A DNA stretch of 64,000 bases, from the NCBI GenBank assembly GCA_046563655.1, contig CM102287.1:992001-1056000 (forward strand), written 5' to 3'. The notes beneath the pieces are model-generated. The model worked only from the letters and a program-made list of their open reading frames with translations, was not told the DNA's origin and searched no databases. Within the stretch, counting starts at the first letter, position 1. The number at the start of each line of letters is the position of its first letter. The stretch comes from Yuukianura sp. NJ FZ-2021. Lineage: Eukaryota. This document shows positions 10,981-22,597 of the stretch, in pieces. The position numbers were made by a program, and so were the translations under genes.

Positions 10981-11380
10981 AATCCGGTGGAACTTCCACT
11001 GTTCTCGTCCGCTTTGACCTTTGACCCTTCACTCTTGTTTTTCTTGTGATAAATCTTTGACCCAGGAGGTCAAGGTCATACAACTAATATTACATATAAT
11101 TTACAACTAGCTGGAATGCAGTGAAGCTTGCCTGAGTAAATTGTTTACAATGACATGAAACATCAATTCAAAATGAAGGGTGGCTGCAGGGATACGTTGA
11201 TGAAACAAATAAATGTAAAACGTTTATTCCCTCTATCCATTCTGTAAACTTTAATTTAATTGAAGAGATGTGACAATGTTCAACAACAACAACGGAGAAC
11301 CAGAGCTTGACGCTGAAGTTAGGAAAAGAATGACCTTTCAACAACCACGTTGCATCCAAGGTCGTTCGTCTTCTCTCCAG

Positions 11381-13274
11381 TTACGTTGTGTCCCGATCCC
11401 GGTAAAGAACTTGATAACTTTTGTCTCCTCCCAGCTTCCGTCCAACACTGTTTGCCAGCACTTGACTGCGCATGCTCAAAAACTCTGTCTTCTCAATGAT
11501 TTGTTGATAGGGTGACACTGCATGAACACCCATCACGACATGACCCAACTTTGAATCCAGTTTGGCGTCCAGCCGAGCATTTCGAATCAAATTCACAATC
11601 CATCGTTCTGCCTCGTCTTCATTCATGTCCAACTTGTCAGCCAACATTCTGAAATGAACAAAACCATGTTAGTCATCTGGCAAGTGGAACGTACTGTACA
11701 AATTTATAATCTAGGTCGAGAGGATGTAAAAAATGCTTACCCAATGCTGATGCATTGATGGATGCGACAGAATGTTTCGAAAATCATGAGTCTTGCATTT
11801 TCCATGAAGAATGGGTAGCAGTTGACGAGGAAGAAATCGTTGTAGAGCACTTGCTCACAATCCTTCAGCTTCTTCTGAGCTCCGTCAAAGTCAAAGTTGA
11901 CATGTAGGCACTCCACAAATTCAGTAATTGGATCTCGGTAGTTGTAAGATTCCTAGGAATTGAAGTCATGTTAAGCTATGAATGATTGAATAGTGAATTT
12001 AGAATTTGAAGTGGAAGGGAACCTGGCGAATGACGTTGACCAAGTCCTTCATGGCGCTGGAATGGCGAGTGTGTTTGGAGATGATGACAGCCGTGGCCCA
12101 GTAGCGCAGGAGGTGGGGACAAGTCGTTTGAATGACATTCAAATACTTGGGGTTGTTGGCCAAGAGATCGAGCAGCAGATCCCAGCCCTTGGAGTGGTTG
12201 AAGTAGAGGTAGAGACCCCAGTGCAAAAGCCACATACGTTGCTGCAACGACTGCAACATCAACGTTCAGATATGAAAAATTAGCAAGTGTCATTTAGTCC
12301 TAACCCAGTTTGGTTAGTAAGTGGCCTTACGTGGAGAGAACTCCGAAAGACGTCCTCGTCGATGAACGTCTTCAGTTTCTCAAAATCTTCCACTCCATAG
12401 TCCCATTGGTGCAACAAGATATTGCATGCCAATTTTCCCCAAAGTCCGCTCAAGTAGTTCTAAATAAATGACAAAACAAAGCAACTCCAATGAATCAGAT
12501 TATGAGATCAACATAAGAACTCGAACTGACCTTGTCAGTAGTTGGAACCAACTCGTTGTGCAAGTTCAAATACTGGGAGGCAGTGGCGTAGTCTCCACAC
12601 TCGTAGTACAACTTGGCATAGTCGTAGATTGAGTCAATTTGGTCCGGTTGGAACTGTTTCAAACAAAAAAAAACGGGTTTACGCGTAAAGAATAAGTAGC
12701 TTAAACCATTTCCAGGTTAATATCCAATTAAGTAAATCTTACATCATGGTTTTTGACCAAGTAGTCGACCAATTGACGGTAGTCCCGGGAGTTGGAAATC
12801 TGCTCCGGTAATTCACTGCTCTCCAGAATTTCAGTGATGGGTCTCGACTTTTCCTGAACCGCCTTGTATTCCTCAACGACCTTTGTTCGTTTCTCCATGA
12901 ATTTCTATTAAAAAAAATTACAATTTCTCAATACGTAAAGCAATTCCGTACTGGCAAGCTAAGCAAGGGGCAGCAACTTACGGCTGGAACTTGTTCGTCC
13001 GGATGGACCTTCTTGAAGACATCGATGACATAATCCATCATCTTCGTTTCCCCCAGAACCTCCAACTTCGTTTGGAGCACATCCTCTGGTTTGTAAATCT
13101 AAACAAAACAAATACCGTTGTGAAATAATTAGCAAGCGATGGCTCAATGACATGTTCCATTTTATTAATCCATTGTTTCCTTACATTTTGTGCTGCAAGA
13201 AACTCAAGAAGTGGAGCCACCAAGTGACGGTCAAAATTTTGACCAAGTTTGTTTGTCAAATCGTACTGAGCCAT
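11381..13274 (-). CDS. eIF3e: Eukaryotic translation initiation factor 3 subunit E (Int-6), ~442 aa, 8 exons: 13274-13185, 13098-12982, 12904-12743, 12653-12531, 12459-12331, 12250-12023, 11952-11741, 11648-11381
   Basis: All introns GT-AG and the frame is preserved (1329 nt). Diagnostic motifs: [113 protein letters not shown]. Confidence 0.96.
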
Positions 13275-14606
13275 TATACTTCTACTGCAATTAACGATTA
13301 CTTAGTAGAACAGATGAGCAATAACGTATACCACTCCGGTAACAACACTCCGGTTACACCGGTCTTTAGATTCAAATTCCTGAAGAAATGAAAAGCTGGT
13401 GAAGACTTGAATGAAAAGAGAAAAGATACACGAGAGAAGTGATTTGAAAAACCTTGCCATTTTTCAGGTTGAGATAAGGTATACGGGTCAATTGTATTCA
13501 CAGTGTAGCAACTTTGCGGCTACAATGAGTGTGAATAGTCTGCAGCAACAAATCTTGCCGCTTTAAGTTATGTTAGGCTAAAATGGCTGCACAAGTTGCC
13601 ACAGGTGTAGCCACCTAATGTAGCCCACAGCAGAGGGCCGGTGGGTTACAATTATAGTCGTCAATTCTTAGTTCGTCCCGTTTTTGTGTGGAAATGACAG
13701 GGTTCGCTCCGTGGCGCCTCAGACACACTTGAAATGGTTCAGCCAATAGCCGTTGACAGCCATTTTATTTATCTAATCCGAACGGAAAAGTACGTTTTTT
13801 GTTCGAAAAAGTACCTAGGTGTACGCTATTCAAACAACAATAAAGCAACATGAGAGGTCGTGACCTCCGAATTAACATTTATTTTTACAGTCTAAACATA
13901 GTACAATGCTCATCCCCAATTCTCTAATTGCTCTTAGACTTAAGTTGTATCAAAAGCACGTCAACGTAGCTATTTACACTCTAAAATGTAGTTGATTAAT
14001 TAAGTTGAAGCACAAACAATTGTAGGTGGTGACCTATGACTTATTGCTACAAAACAGGTATCACACAATTTGGCGAACATTTGGACAAAAACTGTTTTCA
14101 TTCCTTAACACAAAATCTAACAGCTAACATTTTTGGTACTATGCAAGTCTAAAAATTTCATTTTTTCTACTTTTTACTGCAGCGGAGCTATTTCAAATTT
14201 TTATGACATCTGAAAAAAAAACAACAAAGTATGGATACTCTGGAGGAGTGATTTTGTTTTACACCTTTTCTGAATTGATGACTTTTGAAAGAATTTTGAA
14301 CTAACGATTTGACCTCTACACTACTATACTTTTAATTTTTAAAGTTAAAGGTTAGTTTAACAAATTGAACTAAGTTAACAAAAAGTTAGAGTTTAACTAA
14401 AAGAAGATTAATTGAAGTTTAACTAGCAATCTACTTGGAATCTTAAAATATTATTAGTACCCCTCCTGCCATTTTCGTCTTTTTAAATTTTCCCGTCAGT
14501 CAGAGATTGTCGGAACGCTGAACACTTTAAACAGTTTCTTCTCCTTCAAAATTTTGAAAAAAAAAAAGTTCACATTTCTTTTCATAATTTTGAAAAAAAA
14601 GGTCTA

Positions 14607-17600
14607 TTAGGATGTGAGTTCGTTTTCCGACAACTCAGAAGGCAGATTCGAATTTGTGCCAATTCCGGACGACGCTTGATCAGTTTCTAAAATCGTTTCT
14701 GCGCTGCTCTCTTCTCTCGGAACTTCTGACTCAGACTGTGGACTACTCGTGCCCAACTCGGTTTCACTCGGAACAGCTGTGGCTATTTCCGAATGAACTT
14801 CTTGCACCAGAGTGGCCAGATCGTCGTCTCGTTCGGTAGAGTTCGGAAGTTCCTGTGATGACTCCGTTGGAACAACTTCTGCCGGACTGGTTGTGTTAGA
14901 TTGTTCTTTGCTAGCGTTGGCTTCGATCACAACGCCTTCGGCACTTGACTCTTGAGAAGCGCTCTGCGCACGCGGCGTTAACTGTTCGCTGTCAACGTCC
15001 TCGGTGGCATTCTCTGTCATTTCGTTAACCAGAGTGTCGTTGATGTAGCTCATGGGCAACTGCGTCGTCATTTCCTCACGTTCTCTGTCTGTGACAGGCA
15101 CAATTTCTATTTCGTGTCGCGGGATGATGAGTTGTTCGAATCGATGCGGCTCCTGATCTGGCCTGTTCTGTTCTCCACTTTGTATCATTTCGTGGCTCAT
15201 TTCTTCCTGTGACATGGACGTTCCAATTTCGTCACTCGCGAGAGATGATCCCAAAGTGGTAGATTCGTTGTTGGGTTGCGCCATCTCAATGTCACTGTAG
15301 ACCATGAATTCGTCAGAGTTAGTCACAGAGGGACGATGCAGCAGTGGCTCACGTGTTGGCTCCATCTCAGACGTTTCGGAAGAATCAAACGCCCTAGACG
15401 ACTTGCGTCCAGTACTGTTTTGAGCAGCGTCTTCGTCAGGAACTTCGGCTGCTACTGCGTGTCCTTCTTCCAGGATTGGAAGAGTGGTCACTTCTGGTCC
15501 CATTTCAGGCTGAGTCTCGTTGGAGGTATGTCGATCTTGTGGTACCGGTTCGACAGAAACTTGCTGATGCTCTGGTACCGTGTCGTCAGATGTTTGTCCA
15601 TTCTCTGGTATCGTTTCGACAGATGCTGGCTGATCCTCTGGTACCGTTTCGTCAGATGTCTGTCGATCTTGTGGTACCGGTTCGGCAGATACTTGGTGAT
15701 CCTCTGGTACCGTTTGGACAGATGTGGGTCGTTCCTCTGGTACCGCTTGGTGTACCGATTCGGAAGTAGTGTTGGTGACGGTTGGATTATCATGGGCTAG
15801 CGGTTCTCCTAGATCCAAAGTGAGTGGAGTTGTGACCAAGTCGGCCGAATCACTGGCGAATGTGATCGTGATAACTTCGGGTTCCGTTTGGACGACTACT
15901 GCCGCCACATTTTCGTCCGGTTCGGAATGAGTCGGAGGTGGTTCGAGTGTCGTGGACGTGTGTTCGGTTGCAGTCGGCGGTTCAACTGGATGGGGCTCAC
16001 TAGTTTCGTTGTGCGTGACGACTGAAGTTGTGGGTTCTGCTGGAGCCGGTTCGGACGTAGATTCTGGATGGATTTCTGGATGTGTCGTGGTTGACGTTGT
16101 GACGTCTTCAGTCGAATGTGACGAGACTACAACTTCTGGCTTAGATGTCGACTGTAGCTGTGAGTCCTCGCTTGATGATTGGTTGGATTCTTCTTGTGGT
16201 GTCACTGGAGGCAATTCTGTTGTTGTTGTTGATGCTTCCGTAGTAGTTGTGCTGACTGTCGTCACTTCTTCTGGGACAGACGTCGCTGAAACGGGAATTG
16301 GAGCAGCCGTGGTAGTGGTGGAAGTGGAAACTTCGAACGGTGGTTCTGAAGAAGACGCAGAGGAAGATTCAATATCTTCTGGCACATGCGTCTGGGGTTC
16401 GACGCACGTCTTCTTGTCAGAGTCCAGCAGTTTGTCTTCTGGACAAGTACACATGAACTCCAGCGATGATTCGTCAAAGGCACAGTTGTGAGAGCACCCT
16501 CCGTTAGACAGTTTGCAGGAGTTGTACAGGGCTGTGACACAAAAAAATCACAAATTCAACAACTCTTTAAAAAAAAATCTGCAAATTTTTTTTGATTATG
16601 ATTACGGTAGAGGACGGTGCCGCGTCCGAGCGTGAAATTGCCCACTTCCGTCCAACTACTGACCAAGGTCTGAATGGTATGGAATGCAGGAGCTTCTTCC
16701 CCAACGCCAATTCGACTCCATCCAATTCGCAATTTAGCAATTATGCTCCCACTTCTGTAAAAAATTGATTCAAAGATGAATTGATAGTAAGAAAAAAATG
16801 CGGAGTTTTTTTTATCTACTGTACTACTATTGAAAAAATTGGTAGAATTCGATTAACCTTCTCTTTTCTTTGAAATTCTTTACCTGAATTCGGTAACATG
16901 AGCTGAAGCGACATCAATGATTTCTTCAGCCTCCAGTTTCTGTTTCACTTCACTTTCCACTTCTGCCGCCAGCGATTTGAACTTTGAGCTCGTGGCATCG
17001 TCCAAATCATCTTCAAATTCTGCATCTTTGAACCTCAGCTCAACGTCAGCGGCATTCGGAACTAAAAAAAATGCACAGCTAAGCTTCAAAACTTAACTTT
17101 TATGCTGAGGTGTCGAGGTACCGGTGACCTTTGACCTCAATTATTTAAGGACTGCTCAAGTTCTCAAAGTTCGGTTCCAAAAACGATAAACCTTCAATAG
17201 TTGTTACCTTAGCTTTTGGAAATTTAGAAGTTAGGACCTCCCATTGTGACATTCTTTGTGAAAAATTAGACTGGAATTTGTTAAGATTATGAATGAACTT
17301 TTTACAAACTCGCAAGTATTTCCGATTTAGATTAATTCATTAGCCTATCAACAGCATTCTCCCAAGGAATGATAAGCGCAACAGAAACAGAAAGAACAAT
17401 CTAACTAAAAGATACACCTAAAAGCTATAAATGAGCTTCTGTGAATGAGGAATTATGGTGGCTAGTAAAAAAATATCTCCACAAAAATAAAATTCACTTT
17501 TTTTCAATAAAGCGGCTTTCCTTCCAAAAGATTAAACGAAATCTAGGTTACTTACTTTAAAACATTATAATAACTTCTTAAATTCTCAACCTGCCATTAT

Positions 17601-19450
17601 TGGCAGGTGTATGTTTGTCTTGTATTATAATTAATAAAACTGAAATTTTTATATAAAAAATAAAATAAACTTCAGTCCTTTTCAATCAAGCGGCTTTCCT
17701 TCCACAGATTGTTCAAACTGTTCAAAATTTTGAAAAAAGGTCAACATTTCGAAAAACGTTCGAAATTTTGAAAAAAATCAAAAATCTTGAAAAAAGTTTG
17801 AAATTTTGAAAAAAGTTCAAAATTTTGAAAAGAGTTCGAAATCTTGAAAAAAAAGGTCGAAATTTTGAAAAAAGTTCGAAATTTTGAAAAAAAGTTCGAA
17901 ATTTTGAAAAAAGTTCAAAATTTTGAAAAAAGTTCGAAATTTTGAAAAAAGTTCAAAATTTTGAAAAAAAAAGTTCAAAATTTTGAAAAATTTTGAAAAA
18001 AGTTCAAAATTTTGAAAAAGTTCGAAATTTTGATAAAAGTTGGAAAATTTGAAGAAAAGTTCGAAATTTTGAAAAAAAGTTCGAAATTTTGAAAAAAGTT
18101 CGAAATTTTGAAAAAAGTTCAAAATTTTGAAAAAAGTTCGAAATTTTGAAAAAAAAAGTTCCAAATTTTGAAAAAAGTTCCAAATTTTGAAAAAAGTTCC
18201 AAATTTTGAAAAAAAAAGTTCCAAATTTTGAAAAAGTTCCAAATTTTGAAAAAAAAAAGTTCCAAATTTTGAAAAAAGTTCCAAATTATGAAAGAAGTTC
18301 GAAATTTTGAAAAAATTCAGTGCCTTCCGCTAACGCTATTTTGCCCCGATTCTTCAAACCCCTCCTAACCCAACCTAACCCACGCTAACCCAACGTAACC
18401 CATCGTAACCCAACCTAACCCAAACCCCTGGAAGCGGAACAGAACTTGACCAGCCCGGATTTCGTTTTTACCGTAATTTGTAGAGGGTTCAGTCGATCTT
18501 TCAGTGAGTTCTGGTGTGACGGGTGGTGGATACGAGGATGACCCGAGGTCAGTTTCAGTGGAACTGAATGTGCTAAGGTCATCTGGATTTCCAGTGGACG
18601 TCGTCATCACTCGCTGACTCAATGTAGCATCAGCACTCTTTTCAGGAATCAGACCAACTGTAATTTGAGATTTCATTAACACTCTCTTTTAGAGCAAAAC
18701 AGACACGTTTAGTCACACCTCATAACGCTTCAAACCTTTAAAGCTTTGTAGTATTAAATACAACAAACTGCGCAAGTCCAAAATTGTTTACGTAACAAAC
18801 TACGTTGGTTGAAGACTGACCTGCTGCTAGCACAGCCACTGTAATGAGCGCTGCAACCAAAAGCCCGCCAAGACCCCAGCACAAATACTTTTTGCAATTC
18901 CGGGAATTCCGTCTCTTGTCCTTTGTCACTGAAAGCTTCTCTCCACGCCTGTCCCAAAAAAAAGTAACCAATTTGTGACAAAACTTCAAAATTTTGAAAT
19001 TGAATGAATTAAAACAAACTTTTTGGCATGAATTTCAAAAACTTACGCAAAGAACTTCTTGTGCTGGTTGACGGAAATGAAGTACTCTGGAAACTTTTCA
19101 TATGGACCAAATTCTGACTGGGGTTTGTGTGGAATCGTGTCCAGGACATTGACCCCGTGAACCAACTCTGTGTTCACTGCCTCGGTGACCTTCGGAGAGC
19201 AGTCGCTTCCTCCGGATTCTGCGTAGTGGTCCATTGGAATCTCAGTTTGATTCTTCATTGACTTCTTGTTCCCGTTTAATTCGTTGAGTGACGATGGGCC
19301 ATCGCTGAAACTTTTATTGTCTATGCCATGTACTCGTGACGCTCCAGCTTCAGCGTCAAAGTGGTCTTTTGCGTTTGCGTAGGGCGATGGGGGTGGAGGA
19401 GGAGAATCCTGGATGGGAATCGTCACGTCGCTTCCGCTCGAGATACTCAT
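14607..19450 (-). CDS. Type II membrane protein, ~989 aa: cytoplasmic N-terminus, TM, SEA, EGF-like, long S/T/E/P-rich mucin-like tail; exons 19450-19047, 18948-18821, 18657-18472, 17061-16884, 16754-16606, 16531-14607
   Basis: Phase-compatible GT-AG introns give a 2970-nt frame. TM LCWGLGGLLVAALITVAVLAAVGLI follows basic KDKRRNSRNCKK; SEA (FEDDLDDATSSKFKSLAAEVESEV...FRSGSIIA); EGF (CKLSNGGCSHNC..FMCTCPEDKLLDSDKKTC). An acceptor 2 nt before the ATG implies further upstream exon(s). Confidence 0.85.
15515..15755 (-). repeat. Coding 33-bp (11-aa) tandem repeat, ~7 copies
   Basis: VPEERPTSVQT VPEDHQVSAEP VPQDRQTSDET VPEDQPASVET IPENGQTSDDT VPEHQQVSVEP VPQDRHTSNET. Confidence 0.88.
17720..18318. 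repeat. Intronic AT-rich minisatellite, ~19-23-bp unit GTTC(G/A/C)AAATTTTGAAAAAA
   Basis: Roughly 30 directly visible copies; short related copies also near 14546-14600. Confidence 0.93.
18364..18427. repeat. Degenerate (CCTAACCCAA)n, TTAGG-like microsatellite
   Basis: CCTAACCCAACCTAACCCACGCTAACCCAACGTAACCCATCGTAACCCAACCTAACCC. Confidence 0.8.
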
Positions 19451-20110
19451 ATCTAAACAGAAACCAAACAAAAAGGGTGTCAAATTTTTCAAAAACATGT
19501 CCAAAAAGTTTTTTTTTTTCTACAGTTTTAGTTTTTAGTTCTCAAAACAACATTTTTTAGGCTGAAACTCGACTCCTTTTTTTGAAAATAATCTGCTTGA
19601 TTGGCTGAAGACATAGACAGTTTCTCAAAAGGCTGAAGAATTAGTCATTTCGTGGAAATTTCAACAAAGGGGTTGAATAACCACCGAAAACATTTTTTGC
19701 AACATTTTTTTTTACAAAAGAAAAAAAGTCATAAGTTTTTTGCGAAGGGAGGAATTGGAATTGGAATGTTTGAATCTGGAAGATGATTCAGAAAAACGCA
19801 TCAAACCGAGACGACTTTTCCATCTGCTGGTGCAGACTTTTCCACTCGCCGACAAACCAAAAAAACGAAACCACTTTTCCAAAAAGCCTTTTACGAACGT
19901 TCACACAAAAAATTAATATTTTGGGCCATAAAATCTTCCGTAGAATGCAAAATTTTACCGCCATGCTCATCGTATATCTTCCGAAAACTCTCATTTTTAC
20001 GACACAAAAATTCTCCAAGTTTTGCCAATTTTAATTCCTATCCCGCCCCGGTCTGTCTGTAAACTCAAAATTGCTAATTTAATTTCAAAATTGCCAGTTT
20101 GCTTTAAACA

Positions 20111-20233
20111 TTGCAACTTTTATTTTCAAAAGTGTTGTCTTTTCGAAATTGCAACTTTTATTTTCAAAAGTGTTGTCGTTTCGAAATTGCCAGTTTTATT
20201 TTCATAATTGTTGTCTTTTCGAAATTGCCAGTT
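20111..20233. repeat. 38-bp tandem repeat, ~3.2 copies
   Basis: TTGCAACTTTTATTTTCAAAAGTGTTGTCTTTTCGAAA starting at 20111, 20149 and 20187. Confidence 0.88.
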
Positions 20234-21945
20234 GCCAAAATCTCAAAAACACAATTTGCGCTAACATAAACAAAACCTAAAGGTTTTGTAAACTTTGAAT
20301 GAAAAAACTTTTGTTAAACTTAGGTTTTGTTAGAGATTTGGCCTGTTTTGTTGCATCAGTGATGGAGATCATGCGATGTGTTTGTCCTTGGACATTTCTA
20401 TTGTTACTTTTGTTATTCAAAGGAAGGAAATGTGGAGCCAAGAAAACTAAAGTTTGACCTGCACAACCAATTTACTTTTTCAATTATTGGAAGAGGCGGA
20501 TACTCTTGGGAGGGAGATTAGCAAGATTAATTGAAGACAGAAGGACATGCGCACAAATCGACATTGACACGCCTCAACCTCAATCGCTCATTTAGTCCAA
20601 TTGTTTCATCCCAAACAAGAATTATGATTATGAAAGTGTAACATAAATCAGAATAATTTTCAAAATTTTGAAATACTTTATTTTTGAAAGAAACCAAAGC
20701 TTAATTGGCGGGTGGGTCATGATGAGAACTTGGAATAGAATAGCTTGGAGGCGGATTTCATGTTGGACGGAAGTTGCGCTGGGTGAGTGTGGGAGAAAAG
20801 TGTTGTCGGATCGCCCGGGAAATTTCAAAATTTCGTCCTGTGTGATGAAAAAGTGCTTGCATGAGTTTCCGCTCATATCTTGATGGCCGATGTCTTTATA
20901 TTTCTTCAAGTCATTGAGCAACGAACAACAAAAACATGGAAGAGGCGCCTCCAATTTTAAAAATATAATTGTGCCTATGTTTCTCAAAAGAGTTTGAAAT
21001 TGGTATAATTTGAGTGTTGGGGTTATGATTTTCCGGTTTCCAAAAATTCCAAAAGTTTGAAAATTTTATTAGCTTGGTTTTACCGTTGCGTTAAGGTAAA
21101 TAGACGCAAGAGGAAGCGGGAAAATGGACATGTTTCGTCCTGTGTCAAGAAGGAAACGGAAATTAATTGCATCTCTTGTGTTACGACAAGCCGAAACATC
21201 CCACATTTTCCGCATAACGGACCCAATTAACACCAAAAGTTCAAAGAGCAAAATCCAAAAACTGTTGGTGAAACTGAATTCGAGTTGAACTGCAAGAGGT
21301 GCATCTCTTGTGCAATTATCTTTTCAGATGGGCATTGACTGCCAATTTTGAGAATTGGCTTTCAAAATACTAATGAGGTCCGTGACATAAGCTAAGTTAG
21401 GTGTAAGTTGCCAACTAAAAACTAACGTGACATAGGGTACGTGGAGGACCCTTGACAAGTGACCGCAACGACCGTGGTCAAGTGACACCTTTTCAGGCGA
21501 CGAGGCACCGTAATTGCCCGTTGAGCAACCACCACCTTAAAACTACTCACACTCGACGTCCTTTCAATTCCTTCGTAGGCGCACGCGCAAACAGTTTCAC
21601 AGTCGGCTGAGAACAGTCAACAGAAACAAGGCCACATTCGGTTACACAATCACTCTTACTTTTTGTCACTTTTCCAAAAAAGTGCGATTTGACATCAACC
21701 ACTTCAAATAAAAAAAGTGAATGGCCGTCAACTGCGTCTCGGTATAGACTTAGGGTCAAGAACAAAGAAAATTCAGATCTTGCTTGTGAGCCAGTAAGCG
21801 TGACCTCGACGGTGACCTTTCGGAATTTCTAATCCGACGAGATTACGCAACCCCTGCCCTGCTGAAAATTCTTCACAATTTGCAAATTCGGTGGAATTTA
21901 TGCACCACATTGGAATTCCGCCATGTCACGCCACACAGTCTAGTA

Positions 21946-22597
21946 TAGACTTTCACGGCTCCGGCTCTTTGGCAAAGAGTCGAGTCGGAGTCGGAGCCGG
22001 AACCGACTCTCGACTCCCATATTTTCAAGGAGTCGGAGTCGGAGTCGAATAGCCGACTCGGCTCTTTACACAAGAGCCGAGTCGGAGCCGGAGTCGAGCC
22101 GGGAGCCGCGGCTCCCGGAGCCGGGTATTTTTATCATTAAAAAATCAGAAGAATGTGCTACGCTGTACATTTCCAAGCCATTCGTACACAAACTTGTGGC
22201 GATTAACTAGTACGGATTAATGCAGTCATCAATGACATTCAAAAAAGGTTACTGCTACTGTGCCTTAAATCAACGAAAATACATTCTATCTACTGTGAGA
22301 GAAATTATGAAGACAAGAAACGACTCTTGCATAGTAGCGAACAACGATTTTGAGCAAGAAATAACAATTATTTTCGTAAAATTCGCTGAAAAATCACGTT
22401 TTCGACTCCCGGCTCTTGGCCTACCAAGGAGCCGGAGTTGGAGTCGGAGTCGGTACCGACTCCCGACTCCCATATTTTTCAAGAGTCGGAGCCGGAGCCG
22501 AAGGTCCGCCTCGGCTCTTTAAGGAAGAGTCGAGTCGGAGCCGAGCCGGGAGCCGCGGCTCCGGAGCCGTTGGAGAGCCGAGAGCCGTGAAAGTCTA
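21946..22597. mobile_element. Non-autonomous hAT element (MITE), Buster-like
   Basis: 16-bp TIR TAGACTTTCACGGCTC / GAGCCGTGAAAGTCTA; perfect 8-bp TSD GTCTAGTA (21938-21945 and 22598-22605) with TA at positions 4-5; subterminal GGAGTC/GGAGCC repeats; no transposase. Confidence 0.93.

Noticed and set aside
15276..16491. Plus-strand ORFs of 174 and 179 aa
   Set aside because: Antisense shadows of the repetitive mucin-like exon.
17817..18284. 155-aa F/K/N-rich ORF
   Set aside because: Translation of the intronic minisatellite.
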